Positions 50,063 to 62,363 of a stretch of DNA of 64,000 bases are shown here, in pieces. Source of the DNA: Tubulanus polymorphus. Lineage: Eukaryota; Animalia; Nemertea. The notes under the pieces were generated by a model. The model saw nothing but the letters and a program-made list of their open reading frames with translations. It was not told the origin of the DNA and ran no database searches. The stretch lies in the NCBI RefSeq assembly GCF_964204645.1, contig NC_134035.1:4712001-4776000 (forward strand). The letters run 5' to 3'. Numbering within the stretch: the stretch's first letter is position 1; each line of letters starts with the position of its first letter. A program made the translations under genes and the position numbers.

Positions 50063-50362
50063 CCCGCGCTGTCACTCTGTCAGTTCCGAGCTGTCTTGGT
50101 TAAATCGAATAAACCGCAAAAACTACAATCCGTGGCAAAAACCCTCGGCGTAGCGTCACCTAGAACCAATATATAAACAATTTATTTGGATTGTATTTAA
50201 ATAAGGTAGCTTGACTTGAATTTAATAAAGGCGATTGACTTGAATTTAACCATCCTCGCATGCCAGGGTTCGGTTGCCTCCCAGTGACGTGGCAAGCGAG
50301 GATAGATTTGATAACGGGTCTTCGTAAGATCTTCGATTATTCACATATTCATTTTCGTTACA
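50063..50362. promoter_or_regulatory. Probable bidirectional promoter between SAAL1 and ACCS copy 1
   Basis: Only 300 bp separate the divergent ATGs; CCAAT plus TATATAAA near 50166-50178; TGACGT near 50285. Confidence 0.6.
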
Positions 50363-53300
50363 ATGGCTATTAACGCTCTTTCCGAACGAGGCAAATACAT
50401 GCGAGACATGCATAATTTTCTGATCGGATATTACAAAAATTACGAACAAAACCCGTACGATCATGCTGCCAATAAATCTGTAAGATTATTTTATCTAACG
50501 CATTAACACCTGCAAATAGCACAGGGACTCGTCACAATTGATAGTGAATGAATAAAACTAGTATCAATGACCAACCCCAGTATCCCATAATAAAAATTTG
50601 TTTTTATTATACAGGGATACTGGGGTTGGTCATTGATACTGGTTTTATTCATCCCACTATCAATTGTGACAAGTCCCTGTTGCAAATAGCGATGTTGTTT
50701 ATGGAATTTATATGTACACTCTCTCTCTTTCTCTCAAAATGTTCATAGTCGTATTTTATATTTCTCCCTAGGGTATTATCAACTTCGGAACTGCCCAGTC
50801 AAACCTGTGCAGTGATATCTTGAATGCAAAGGTGCGTCGCGATTATTCTCAGGGCCATAATGACTTAGTAATCGCATTGTTACATATGAGTATTCCTACT
50901 CAAATCACCTAGATGCCTTTTGAGTTCAGTCTCGAATTCGATAAAAAGGTTCAATATTGGATGTTCGCATCAAATGTAGCATTTTCGGCATTGTCCAGTC
51001 TTTTTGTATACGGTAGCTAATTTCTCTAAAAAGTGACCACATTCTTTCATCCGTGGATACACCCGATAAATTATTACCGTAGTACCGGGTACTTTTAAAC
51101 GTTCCCGTTTTTAATAGTGAAAATGCGTTTATTATTATGTGTTTTACGCAGGCTAGAGTTAGCATTTTCATAGAAAACGATCGCACCGTATTCAGATCGT
51201 TTCTTTTCTCCATACGTGAAACACAAATACCGAAAAAAGAAACCATGATTTTACAGGATGATACATGAATACGTATATATATATATATAGTACTAATGTA
51301 GCAAACACACATGCTCAAATAGAGGTTGTCGTCGATTTTTAGATGAGGGAAAAATACACCATCCATTGGACGTCGGATTGCCAATCATATTTCAATTATG
51401 CCGGAGTTGCACAGTTAAGTCAAATAACGCTTATTGATTAATGAGCCAAACTAGAAATTGATAAGATATGTTGACGTGAGAAATGTTACCATGTATGTAA
51501 TTTCTGCCAGATTTCGAGAGGCTTTGGCCGAGTTTTTGACCGAGAGGTTTAAATCGTGTACACAAATTCACCCGCAAAACGTAAGTGCATTCGTTCAACA
51601 TCCCATTTCCCCCTCGTTACATTTCGAAAGATTATTCGTCTTTAAAAAAAAACTCCACAGTTGTCGGTGGTCACTGGTTCGGGGAGCGTTTTGGAAGCAT
51701 TAGCGTTTCTACTTAGTGACGAAGGAGGTATGGTATGATTGTAACCATTGAAGGTTTCGTGGCATTCATGTTCCCCTATAGGCTACCGGAGGCATCCACT
51801 TTCGTTTTAGATTATTTCATGGGCGCGACCCCGATGTATTGCGGTGTGTTCACCAATATTGAAACGAAAGCAAGAGCTAAGATATATCCGATTCCGCTAA
51901 GCAGTAAGGTACCAAAAAAAATCCAAATTTCCCAATGGGCACCTTTCTTAACTTGAAAACTATGTAAAACTTGATTTAATGCAGTTAGAACCCGGTGAAA
52001 CGGAGCCATTTCAATTGTCTTTGACCCGCGTTAAAAGAGCATATCGGGAGGCGATCGAAAAGGTAGGAAAAAATGGGACAACCTTTTGAGATCATTGCGC
52101 TGCGAATGAAGCATCGCTAGTGATTAGGTTTTTCTCTATTTTTGAAGGGAATTCGAATTAAAGGTATCATATTACTAAATCCGTCCAATCCGTTGGGAAC
52201 TGTAATGGATAAGCAATCTTTGATGGATGTGCTCAATTTTGCTGCTGAGTGAGTTTTAGAAATAAAAGTTTTACAATCCCTATTTTCTAATAAACTGTTA
52301 AAACCAGTTCGATTTCTTTCTCGCCAGACACGAGATCCACGTGATTTCCGATGAAGTTTACGGTTTGTCCGTATTCGATAAAAACGCGAAACACTGCAGC
52401 ATTCTGAGTCTCGCTGATTTACCTGATCCGGATAGAACGCATTTCGTATGGAGTTTCAGCAAGGCAAGTCCAATGTCCTGCTTTATGTTCGCTTATGGGG
52501 GTGATGATACCGTCTGCGATGAATTGTATTTTTAATTTCGTTTCGTAGGATTTCGGATTATTGGGAGTACGATGCGGAATTTTGTTTTCGTTCAATAAGA
52601 TTGTGAACGCAACGATGGCCGATCAGTTAGCTTGCTTTAGCGCCGTGCCAAAGCTTATTCAGAACATGCTTACGAACATTATTTCAGACAAGGGTATGTT
52701 ATGAACTTTTGTAGACTTTCCCATCGACACAAATGAAATAACCTTTTTCTAATAAGCTTTTTCTCGTGTTTAAATTTTAATGACACGCGTATAGAATGGT
52801 TGGATGACGTGTATTTCCCGACGAACCTGAGGCGAATGAAAGAATGTTACGACTACATGAGTAAAAGATTAAAAAGTATCGGTATTCCCGTGCTGGACGG
52901 AAAGGGGGCTTTCTTTCTGTGGGTGCAATTTGGAAAGGTAACAGGCTAGATCTTTTTGGCATTTTTTGAAAATGATAGAGGTCACAGCAAGCTGAAAACT
53001 GACCATCATTTTTGTTCGGTTACTGTGACCGTGACCCAGTCCAAAAACTGTTTTTGCAAAAAGCGATCAAATCTTTGTTGTAGGTATTCGGTGATGATTG
53101 CACTCTTGATCAGGAATTCGAAATTTTTGAGCGGCTACTCAACTTAGATGGCGGAGGCGTGTACATTGTACCCGGTAGAGAGTTTAAGTGTATAGAACCC
53201 GGCTGGTTTAGAGTCGTTTTCACTATGGATAAAACTCTACTCGACGTTGGTATGCCCGCCGTTTCGTGATCAAAGATGTATCCAAAAAAGTATCCACTAT

Positions 53301-53422
53301 TTCGTTACTATATAATCGCGGGGTTTTTTTCAGGATGCGATCGTTTTGAGAAACTAGTCAATTCGATCGGGTGTCCAAAATTATCATCCAAAGTTGGTGA
53401 TGGAGTAGTCCTGTCGGCATAG
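50363..53422 (+). CDS. ACCS: 1-aminocyclopropane-1-carboxylate synthase-like PLP enzyme (aminotransferase class I/II), copy 1, 13 exons
   Basis: Exons 50363-50479, 50772-50831, 51343-51413, 51511-51580, 51661-51727, 51811-51908, 51985-52062, 52148-52248, 52328-52463, 52549-52693, 52795-52937, 53084-53249, 53334-53422. ACS boxes: NPYD...[30 protein letters not shown]|[19 protein letters not shown]. Intron 9 is GC-AG. Confidence 0.92.
50523..50679. mobile_element. Palindromic MITE in ACCS copy 1 intron 1 (half copy at ~54620-54680)
   Basis: ~65-bp arms ACAGGGACT.GTCACAATTGATAGTG..CCCCAGTATCCC, inverted around a short AT spacer. Confidence 0.7.
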
Positions 53423-55615
53423 GACTGATAAATCGGAAACTGGATTTCTACGGACCCTACAACGCAGCGATACTATTGATTTCTTTTGAATGATATAGTA
53501 GTATGAAGTGTGTACCCGTTAACTATTATAGCAAGTTTCATTAAAGTTGTGACAAAAGCAAGTTGTGACACTTTTAGAATATACACACAATCTTTAAAGA
53601 CTTATATACAGCTTATATTTTCGTCTGATCGTTTTTAATGTGCAATCTTAGCATAGCAGTTTTTCGCTTAAGACCTACAGACACGAGGCATGATTGGTGT
53701 ATAATAAATACATAACCACTTCCAGGACTGGGTGGATGCAATTAATTATGGCGTGTATAGAAATATATAACATCAATGATATTGAAGTATCAAAAGAGTT
53801 TGGTGCAAAAAGAAATAGCATTTTTTCATTTCGTGCATTTAGATGGGTTGAAAAATTCAATATGTAGCAGCTTTCATCCTGATGTGCGACAGGCTGCCGC
53901 GCTGAACGCCCTAAGTATTAGCACCTGTTGCCAGAGCTAAAAATTCTACATGACGCTAAGTGTTCCGCACTATCTGCCAGAAGTCTCTGAGCGCTCCGTA
54001 ATCATGGCATCATGAAGTCACCACCCAGACCTGCTGGAGCGTAGGTCGTGCGGCGTTATTACGGGAGACTCCGACGATTCAGTCTAGCCGTTGTTTCCCA
54101 GACGTAGTAGGGAACCCACGTACTACTAATGTCCGGGGGGCCATTCAGACTACGGGTTAGATTCACACTTTGGTGAATACGTAAAATGTCCAAGAAAGGC
54201 AGACACGAATTATGCAAAATTTATTGTAATTCTTTAGTGCTGTTATCGATTTGACATTTTTTGGCAGTGAAATCGCTCATTTCATCTATACCAGTAATTG
54301 TGCACAATAAAATTGTAATTGTATATTTTCGGTGAATTGGTCAACAAAGAATCAATAAAGTTATTTTGAATTTGAGTTTGAACTTGGTATTTGACAACTC
54401 TATCACCGCCGCCAGGTCTGATTTCAAGGACGTCGACCCACCTCTTCATCCGAAACAGGTACCGGCGATTTTTCGCCCTTTCGTCTCGAATTATTAGTCT
54501 TTTCGAGCCCTTCTAAAGTTTTTTGGAGGTTTTTGTTCCTGCAGTCCAACTAGCAACAGACAGATGCTAGCTTCTGATACATTGTCATTTTTAAGGTGTG
54601 CTGTGTGAATGTTTTGTTCACAGGGAAATTGATAGTGAATGAATATAACCAGTATCAATGACGAACCCCAGTATCCCTGTAAAAAAACAAGGGTGGCAAC
54701 TAATCATCAATCTGAAAATGACCTCTCCACGTCAATCAACTGTAATTCCAAAAATCCTAAACCGATTCACATGAAATTAGCTTTAATACAAACTAGAAGA
54801 CTTTTTGCTTCCAACGAGCCTATAACGATCACTCTACGACAAATATCTCACAACGAAATCGGCATTTTACGGGAGATAGCTCAAAATGTAGGTGTTCAGA
54901 TTCTATGGTGGACAGCAAAAATGGCAGAGACACGCATCCCTCAAGTTGTCTTGTTGCTAACAAACTACAGTGTTACAATAATTAGTTTCAAAGTGAAAAA
55001 ATGGTGTCATTTTTGCTATTTCTGTATTCATATCGCATCAAGTACGGACTATGATGAAGGAGCCTCTGAATGAATATATTATGATAATAAGAAAACTGAA
55101 TGTGTGAGGTTTGTAATGATAGTTTATTTTTCACAATCGAAACTGGATTTCTGGTGGTTTGAAGTCACAGCGATTTAAAAATATCGAGAAAATGTCGATC
55201 GTCTCTTAGTGTCTGTGGTACATCAGACACTAAGGTTCATGGTGAATGGTCTTAAATGACCAGAAACAGAATGGTCGGACGGTTCAAATAAAACATTGTC
55301 ATCGATTGTTCAATTTTTCGTTAATTTTCTCACTAAGGATTACTAGTTTTATTAAGTGCAATGGATTTTGAATTGCTGTTTGGTTGCCTCAGTAGAGAAG
55401 TTAAGAGAGGGACATGTATTCTATGTTTGAGGCCTAAGCTGTGTGAGATGACAATATCGGCCTTTTTCAATTTGAATGCCGGGAATGAATTTTGTTTCTC
55501 AATAATATGTGGTTTTGCGGCGTGAATTTTGGAAAATTTTTTCCGGTTTTTAAATTAATTTGTGTATGATATAATTGTAGGTGAGGCCGCGGTTACCTGC
55601 CTGGATCCAAGCAAG

Positions 55616-58600
55616 ATGTCTCTTTCTCAGCGCGCCAATGATACTTACAATTTAAACAATTTTTTGACAAAATATTACAATCTATTTCTTCAAAACCCGT
55701 ACGATCATAATACCAATAAATCGGTGAGTTTATAGATATAGGTAGCTGAAATTCAGATGAATCAGTTGATCTTCCTAAAAATCAGAATTTAAATGATCAG
55801 TCAGCGTGAGGCTATATGATATATGTTATTTGTTATATTTGATAGACACAATCTCACAGTGAACCTAAGCATATTTGCATTAAAGTTGCCTGAACTTTGC
55901 TCGTTTATCGATATATTTTTTTTAGGGTATTCTCAACCTGGGCACTGCCGAGACTAATCTATGTAGTGATATCTTGAGTGCGAAGGTTCGTTATCGATTA
56001 GCAGGTCATTCGCTCTTATTAGGTTATTGTAGATATAGAGATAGGCCTAATTTTGAAATACGTTGAATTCTAGATAAAAGAAAAAGACGTCATTCAATGG
56101 ACGACGGAATGCCAGTTTTATTTTGACTACGTCGGAATTAAACCGTAGGTTATGTTGCCGATTACTTAAATGTTTATGCATCGGGCATTTCAGGGATCAG
56201 TTGCTCAAAAATTGATTAAAGACAACCAGTTGATAGATACTATAGTAACAGTGAACTTTTATTGTCACTATGTCGACTATCCACTGGTTAACTCTTGAGC
56301 AACTAGCCCCTGGTTCTTCGAATGAAGAAAAATGGGGAATTCCAGATTAATTTTTCTCCCTTCATTGTCATTTCTTGAAAGTCAGTAAAATCGAATTTTT
56401 GCAGTCTAGTTATTCTTGCTGGTGCCAAGTGGCACAACAAACCTCTTGATAAAAACTGACCCCACTGAGGATATCTTAGAATTTAATCGGGGAACTTTAT
56501 TTTATGGCATCTTTCGTTGTGCCAATAATTTGTTTATGTAATTTGTCAGATTTCGGGAGGCATTGGCCACGTTTTTTACCGAGAGATTCGAAGCATGTAA
56601 GAAAATCGACCCGAATAACGTAAGTTCGATATTTCATATTTAATTCAATGTCCGTATTCATTTTCAATTCTAATTCAGTGTATTTCATCTGCCAATTATT
56701 TGCACAGCTGTCGGTGGTCACTGGTTCGGGCGCACTTCTGGAAGCTTTGGCATTTCTAATCTGCGATGACGGAGGTATTTAAAACACCGATTTGTACCCG
56801 GTATTTGATTCGATTTCGCTCGCTCGTTATTCATATTTTCTTCGTAGATTATTTGCTGGGCGCGACGCCGATGTACGGCGGCGTATTCACCGACATCGCG
56901 GCAAAATGTCGAAATAAAATCTATCCAATTTCACTCAGTAGTAAGGTATTGAAAAAGAAAACATCTACGGATTTTCCTCATGTCGCGAACCTCGTAATTT
57001 GAATTATAGAATGGTTGATTATTGGATTCTATTTAATTCAGTTGGAACCCGGTGAAACGGAGCCATTTCAATTGTCCTTGACCCGTGTGAAAAGAGCTTA
57101 TCAGGAGGCAATCGAAAAGGTAAAAACTAGTGCAATTCTATATTGATATGTGTGCTTCCTGTACCCTGTACCCTCAGACAATCACCTTTTGTTTTAAAGT
57201 CTGGACAGGCTGATGATTTTCCACGCGTGGTGTTTAAATGTCTTAAATTAAGGTGCAGGGTACAGACAGCAGGTTGACATAAGTATTGGTTCGAGGGGTG
57301 CAGGGTACAGACAGCAGGTTGACATAAGTATTGGTTCGAGGGGTGCAGGGTACAGACAGCAGGTTGACATAAGTATTGGTTTGAGGGGTGCAGGGTACAG
57401 ACAGCAGGTTGACATAAGTATTGGTTTGAGGGGTGCAGGGTACAGACAGCAGGTTGACATAAGTATTGGTTTGAAGGGTGCAGGGTACAGACAGCAAGTT
57501 GACATAAGTGTTGGTTTCATTTTAGGGAATTTGTATTAAAGGTATTTTACTACTGAATCCGTCCAATCCGTTGGGAACCGTAATGGATAAGAAATCTTTG
57601 ATGGATGTGCTGAATTTCGCTGCTGAGTGAGTGTAAAAAATTAAAAACATTCCTTTTAACCTACCCGCTTGAATAAACGGTTAAAACCAATTTTTTTCTC
57701 ACTTGCCAGACACAAGATTCACGTGATTTCCGATGAAGTTTACGGTTTGTCCATATTCGATAAAAACGCCAAACACTGCAGCGTTCTGAGTCTCGCTGAT
57801 TTACCTGATCCGGATAGAACGCATTTCGTATGGAGTTTCAGCAAGGCGAGTTCACATAATTTTAGGATATACGACAAACCTCATCACATTCAACAGTCAG
57901 TCTGAAACATATTTCAATATTTTTTTCAGGATTTCGGATTGTCTGGTTTACGATGTGGAATCTTGCATTCGTTCAATAAAGTTCTTAACGCAACGATGGC
58001 TATGCATCTGACATACTTTATTGCCGTACCAAGACTATTACAGGATACGCTAACAAAAATTATTTCAGACAAAGGTACAAAGAAAATTTAATCTTTATCA
58101 TGCAGTCTGGATCCGCCATTCAAACGTTCAACCTTGTAGTTTGACAATCGGTTTTTTAAATTGTGCCGATGAAATGTCTAATGTTTGGTGTTTGTAGTTT
58201 ATTTTCAATTGAAAATGTCTCATGTGAAGTTTTGACCACATGTGAAGTGTGGACGATCAGTTTTTGAAACTGTGCTGATAAAATGTCCAATATCTGGTGT
58301 TTGTAGTAGATTTTCAATTAAAAATGTCTTGGGGTGAAGCACTGAAGACAAGTGAAATGCGTACAATTTTTGCAAGTGTGCTGATATAATGTCTAATGTT
58401 TAAAGTTCATTTCAATCAAAAATGTCCTTGGTGATTATCACTAATTATTGTAATAAAAAAGTGTGACATCCCCTCCAGATTTGTTACAGGGATCCAGTTT
58501 CATGAAAAAAATTAACAATAATCTTTTGTTTTATTGCTATTGGTTATTCCATGTTTTCAATGAGGACAACAATTCAAACTCAAACTTAAACTTGTTCATG

Positions 58601-60302
58601 AAACCGTACCGTGGTGTATAAGTCTCTGAATGAATGATATATTTTAGAATGGTTGGATAGCGTGTACTTCCCGACGAACCTGCAGCGTATGAAAGAATGT
58701 TACGACTACATGCGCGGGAAGCTAGAAAGTATCGGTATTCCCGTGCTGGACAGCAAGGGAGCTTTCTTTCTGTGGGTGCAATTCGGAAAGGTAATACGAT
58801 GAAAAATTAAGCGCATCCTTCGAAATCGCCTGACTTGCTATCGGAATATGGCTTTGCTTACACCGAATTTGATTCTGACGTATTTTTTATGTTAACGCGT
58901 TTTATAGGTATTCGGTGATGATTGCACTTTCGCTCAGGAATTGGAATTTTTCGAAAGTTTAGTCAATTTAGACGGCGGAGGCGTGTACATTGTGCCTGGT
59001 AGAGAGTTAAAGTGTATAGAACCCGGCTGGTTTAGAGTCATTTTCACTATGGATAGAACTCTTCTCGACGTTGGTACGTGTTCATATCGATATATCGCGG
59101 AACCTCCGTAGCGAGAAATTCGATAATTGTTAAGCTGAATATCTTTCTAGAAAAACTATGTACCATTACATAGAAAATACCACACTGATTTAACAGAAGA
59201 AAAGCTTTCAGCTATAGTTGAAGCTATAAATCTATCTAATCCAATGTTTCTATAGACTATATCTTAATATATCTCTTAGTAGGAATCATTCCTGAAAATG
59301 ATGTATTTGATGTCTTAGTATTCGGAAATAAAACCCATTTCTCTCGTTTTAATTGATGAAACAAAATACGAGGGTAAAATCCATCGACCTCGAATATAAA
59401 AAAAAGGTTCTTAGAGCTGTTCTACTGCGATCAAGATTTTCAATATTTCTCCAATCATGAGGTGGTGGTAAAAATTCAGCCCAAGTTTTAGAGCGCTAAC
59501 TATCCTTTTGATTTGACTTAGAAAGTACAGGTACGACTAAGATATTGCAGTGACCTGATTTTTATAATTATAACAAAAATATCAGTTATAACTGATTGAT
59601 TCTCCAGTGCCTTGTATTTCTTTGCATCGAGGTTCCACTGTTATCAGTCAATTTCTCGAAAAAAAATTACAAAAACTATACTGCAACTGAAATGATGCGT
59701 TCGTTTTTATCATATTTCAGGATTCGACCGTATGGAAAAAGTAGTCAATTCATTCAGGTGCTCGAATAAAGATGTTGAATTACCTGAACTCGTCGAGGGA
59801 GCCGTCTCTAATTCTTTGCTGTCTCAAGGTAAATTTCCAAACATGTATCCGTAGAGAATCCCGCAATGATAACGAAAAATAATGGAAAGTCCGAAAATTT
59901 CAGTCGTAACTCAGTATTATCTGAATAGTAGACGAATATTAAAATAAAGTCGAAACGTTGAATAAACTGCTAGCTCAAGGAAACATTTTCGGCGGACTTT
60001 CGTTGCTATTGCGGGATTGGTCTTTATATTATCTTCACAACATGGATGTAATGTTTTATCAAAGTAGTCTTAATTGAAATCGGAACTGGTAGCTCTTTTT
60101 GAAGACCCGAATATGTTTCGATCTATTCTTTTTCATGTAATAAGACGCGCCGGCGTCATTGGAGGGACTGCTGAGCACGTTGACGACGCAGATCCGCGAT
60201 TCAAACTGGTTGAAGGACAACACGGCCGAACGCTGGCAGAGCGAAAATCCTGAATTAGCTCGAGAATGGCAACGAGCCACGAAAGATCAAAAATCAACAT
60301 AA
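55616..60302 (+). CDS. ACCS: ACC synthase-like PLP enzyme, copy 2, 14 exons, with C-terminal extension
   Basis: Exons 55616-55723, 55926-55985, 56074-56144, 56550-56619, 56708-56774, 56848-56945, 57042-57119, 57526-57626, 57710-57845, 57930-58074, 58648-58790, 58908-59073, 59721-59828, 60145-60302. Same intron positions as copy 1; [21 protein letters not shown]|DFGLSGLRCG, EPGWFR. Last exon encodes SLEGLLSTLTTQIRDSNWLKDNT. An acceptor ending at 55580 implies an upstream exon. Confidence 0.9.
57252..57519. repeat. 45-bp minisatellite (6 units) in ACCS copy 2 intron 7
   Basis: GGTGCAGGGTACAGACAGCAGGTTGACATAAGTATTGGTTYGAGG repeated, near-identical units. Confidence 0.92.
58140..58430. repeat. 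Degenerate ~110-bp tandem repeat (~3 units)
   Basis: TGTGCYGATRAAATGTCYAAT...TTTTCAATTRAAAATGTC recurs three times. Confidence 0.6.
59851..60028. mobile_element. Degenerate copy of the palindromic hammerhead-bearing element, in ACCS copy 2 intron 13
   Basis: GTAGAGAATCCCGCAATGATAACGAAA ... GTCGAAACGTTGAATAAAC ... TTTCGTTGCTATTGCGGGATT; core decayed to CTGAATA. Confidence 0.6.
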
Positions 60303-60528
60303 TGCAGCGCACGAAATATATGAATCTTTTCTGTTGACAATCTGTGATTTTTGCAATTCAGGGACTGTTCTTAGATTTTGCTTTATTTTGATGAAATTCT
60401 CTGCATCTATACTTCAGTCATTACTTTATACATGTATTTAACAGTAATCAATAATGCTCATCGTAACGGGATTAGAGGTCACGCAATGTCTTAATAGTCA
60501 GGGATTCCAGGAAATATCTTAAGTACAG

Positions 60529-60643
60529 GGGCTGCAGTCGCTGAAAAGTTGGTTAAAGATAACCATAGTGACAATGAAGTTTTTATAGTCACTATGTCAA
60601 CTATCCACTGGTTAACTCTAACCAACTTTTGAGCAACTGGCCC
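60529..60643. mobile_element. Harbinger-type MITE family B (other copies ~22173-22296, 24063-24115, 48146-48274, 56193-56310)
   Basis: TIR GGGC..GTYGCT.AAAAGTTGGTTA / TAACCAACTTTTGAGCAACTGGCCC, flanked by CAG on both sides; shared internal TTGTCACTATGTCAACTATCCACTGG. Confidence 0.7.
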
Positions 60644-60856
60644 CAGCAGATATAGTAAATAACTTTTATGTGTGTGCAATTAATCAAACGATAATGTATT
60701 TCAAATACATGACAAAACTAACGTCCAAATATATTATTAATAAATTCTTTTATTTGATAATTGAGTATATAAAAACTAATGTAATTAAATGAAGATGATT
60801 TAATGAAATGCTCGCGTGTTTTATCGGTGGGTGTTCGAAAGGATTCAGATCTCGAT

Positions 60857-61471
60857 TTATTGCGTTGAACCAGATCCTGCGGACTTCGTCGAAAGATTTG
60901 CCTACATATAGAAATACATTCGATAAGGACAAGCGAAAGACTGTATTCTCCTATGGATACATTTCGCTGTTTTATTCGTACCTTTATCGCTGCGGTTTCT
61001 CGTCTAAGTTCTTGGATGACTCGCACTAAAGCTTCGGGGTTGGCACCATTTTCACAAAGGCGTACGCAGATCGACATCGTTTCGGCATCCAGACCCGTGT
61101 TGAGCAACTTCGATATTTCAAGCAAAGCTAGATAAATGAAAAAAGAAAGAGTTACGGTCGCTCTCGAGATGAAATCTAAGGCACCCGTTGGCGACCGCCC
61201 GCTTGTGGTGAAAATTGGGAATATCGACCATCTCGTGCTGCCACCTTGTAATAGGCGACGCTACCAACCCGGAAATAAATTCAAAATTTCACTTTAAACC
61301 TAAATATCCGATTAGATTAACGCTTGATTCGGGGTTTCATAGCGCCGAACTGTGGCCCACTAGTAATTACGTCGCATAATCGTGATAATTTTGGAAAGTA
61401 GTCGGTTTACAAGACGTACCGTCCATCGCTTCTCTAGTAGACGAAATATTCTCTTGAGTGGAGGCCGCCAT
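60857..61471 (-). CDS. MZT1: Mitotic spindle organizing protein 1 (MOZART1), 3 exons
   Basis: Exons 61471-61420, 61127-60982, 60901-60857: [66 protein letters not shown].., the classic MOZART1 motif. Confidence 0.95.
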
Positions 61472-61789
61472 TTTTGGATGATATATTTTAAGGAGGTGAA
61501 TATTTTAATTCGTAAATATTGGGAATAAATTGAATTTGAAAAATTTGAATGAATAAACCGTACACATGAATTATCAAAAACGAATTTGTATATGTTGAGA
61601 TGATTCTCGGAGTGGAATACGCGTAAGAACGAAGTTCGGAGTGTAAGCAGTGAATTATCGTTGGCCGCTGATTGGCTGACCTGAAGCGGGTAGTTCAAAC
61701 ACAGCTGTTCGAGAGTGTCGTGAAGTTGTCATCGGATGCGGAGCCAGAACAGAACGTCGAAATAAAGATACGGTGCCAAACCTGCGAAC
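61472..61789. promoter_or_regulatory. Bidirectional promoter MZT1/BORA with BORA 5' UTR exon
   Basis: Divergent genes with ATGs ~0.9 kb apart; inverted CCAAT (GATTGG ~61670); YY1-like GCCGCCATTTT at the MZT1 start; donor at 61790. Confidence 0.6.
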
Positions 61790-61937
61790 GTAAGTTGATT
61801 AGCTTTTTTATGCATTTTCCACCAAGCAAATATTGTAACCAGTCAGCTTTTCATTCCTTTCTTCTGTCATGTCTGTTTTATGTTGTGTGCAAAGGTTTTA
61901 GGCCCTAATTTTCTGGCCTAAATCTGTAAATCACAGA

Positions 61938-62085
61938 CAGGGGTTCGTATTTGAAGTTTGGGGTGAACTGTTGCTTAGATAATCCAATATCAAAGGTACC
62001 ATATATATAAACTTTTTATACAGTACCTTGGATATTGGATGATCTAAGCTACAGTTCACCCCCAAACTTCAAATACGAGCCCCTG
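61938..62085. mobile_element. Palindromic MITE in the BORA first intron
   Basis: ~60-bp arms CAGGGGYTCGTATTTGAAGTTTGGGG..AAAGGTAC, inverted. Confidence 0.7.
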
Positions 62086-62363
62086 TGGCCTAAATACTAT
62101 ATAGGCCCTAAAGTACCATTTAGTACCATTTTGCTGCCAAAAATAAGATTTTCAGGATTTGGATAGGTGGAATCAATATAGGGCCTATTTCATTGCTGGT
62201 CAGTGAAAAGAGAATGCAGTTTAGTTAGTAACCCGACCGCAGCTTGTTGGTAGCGGACTGGGCTGCAGTTTAGTCAATAACTGTTAAATTTGGTGACTAT
62301 TATCTCTGCTAGGGGCCTATATACAAGAAGATAGGCGTAATCTTTGTTTCTTTCTTCAGACGA

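Noticed and set aside
56550-56619. Suspected frameshift in ACCS copy 2 exon 4
   Set aside because: Recount gives 70 nt, the same as copy 1; the frame is intact.
57243-57520. Cys-rich repeat ORFs on the minus strand
   Set aside because: Translation of the 45-bp intronic minisatellite.
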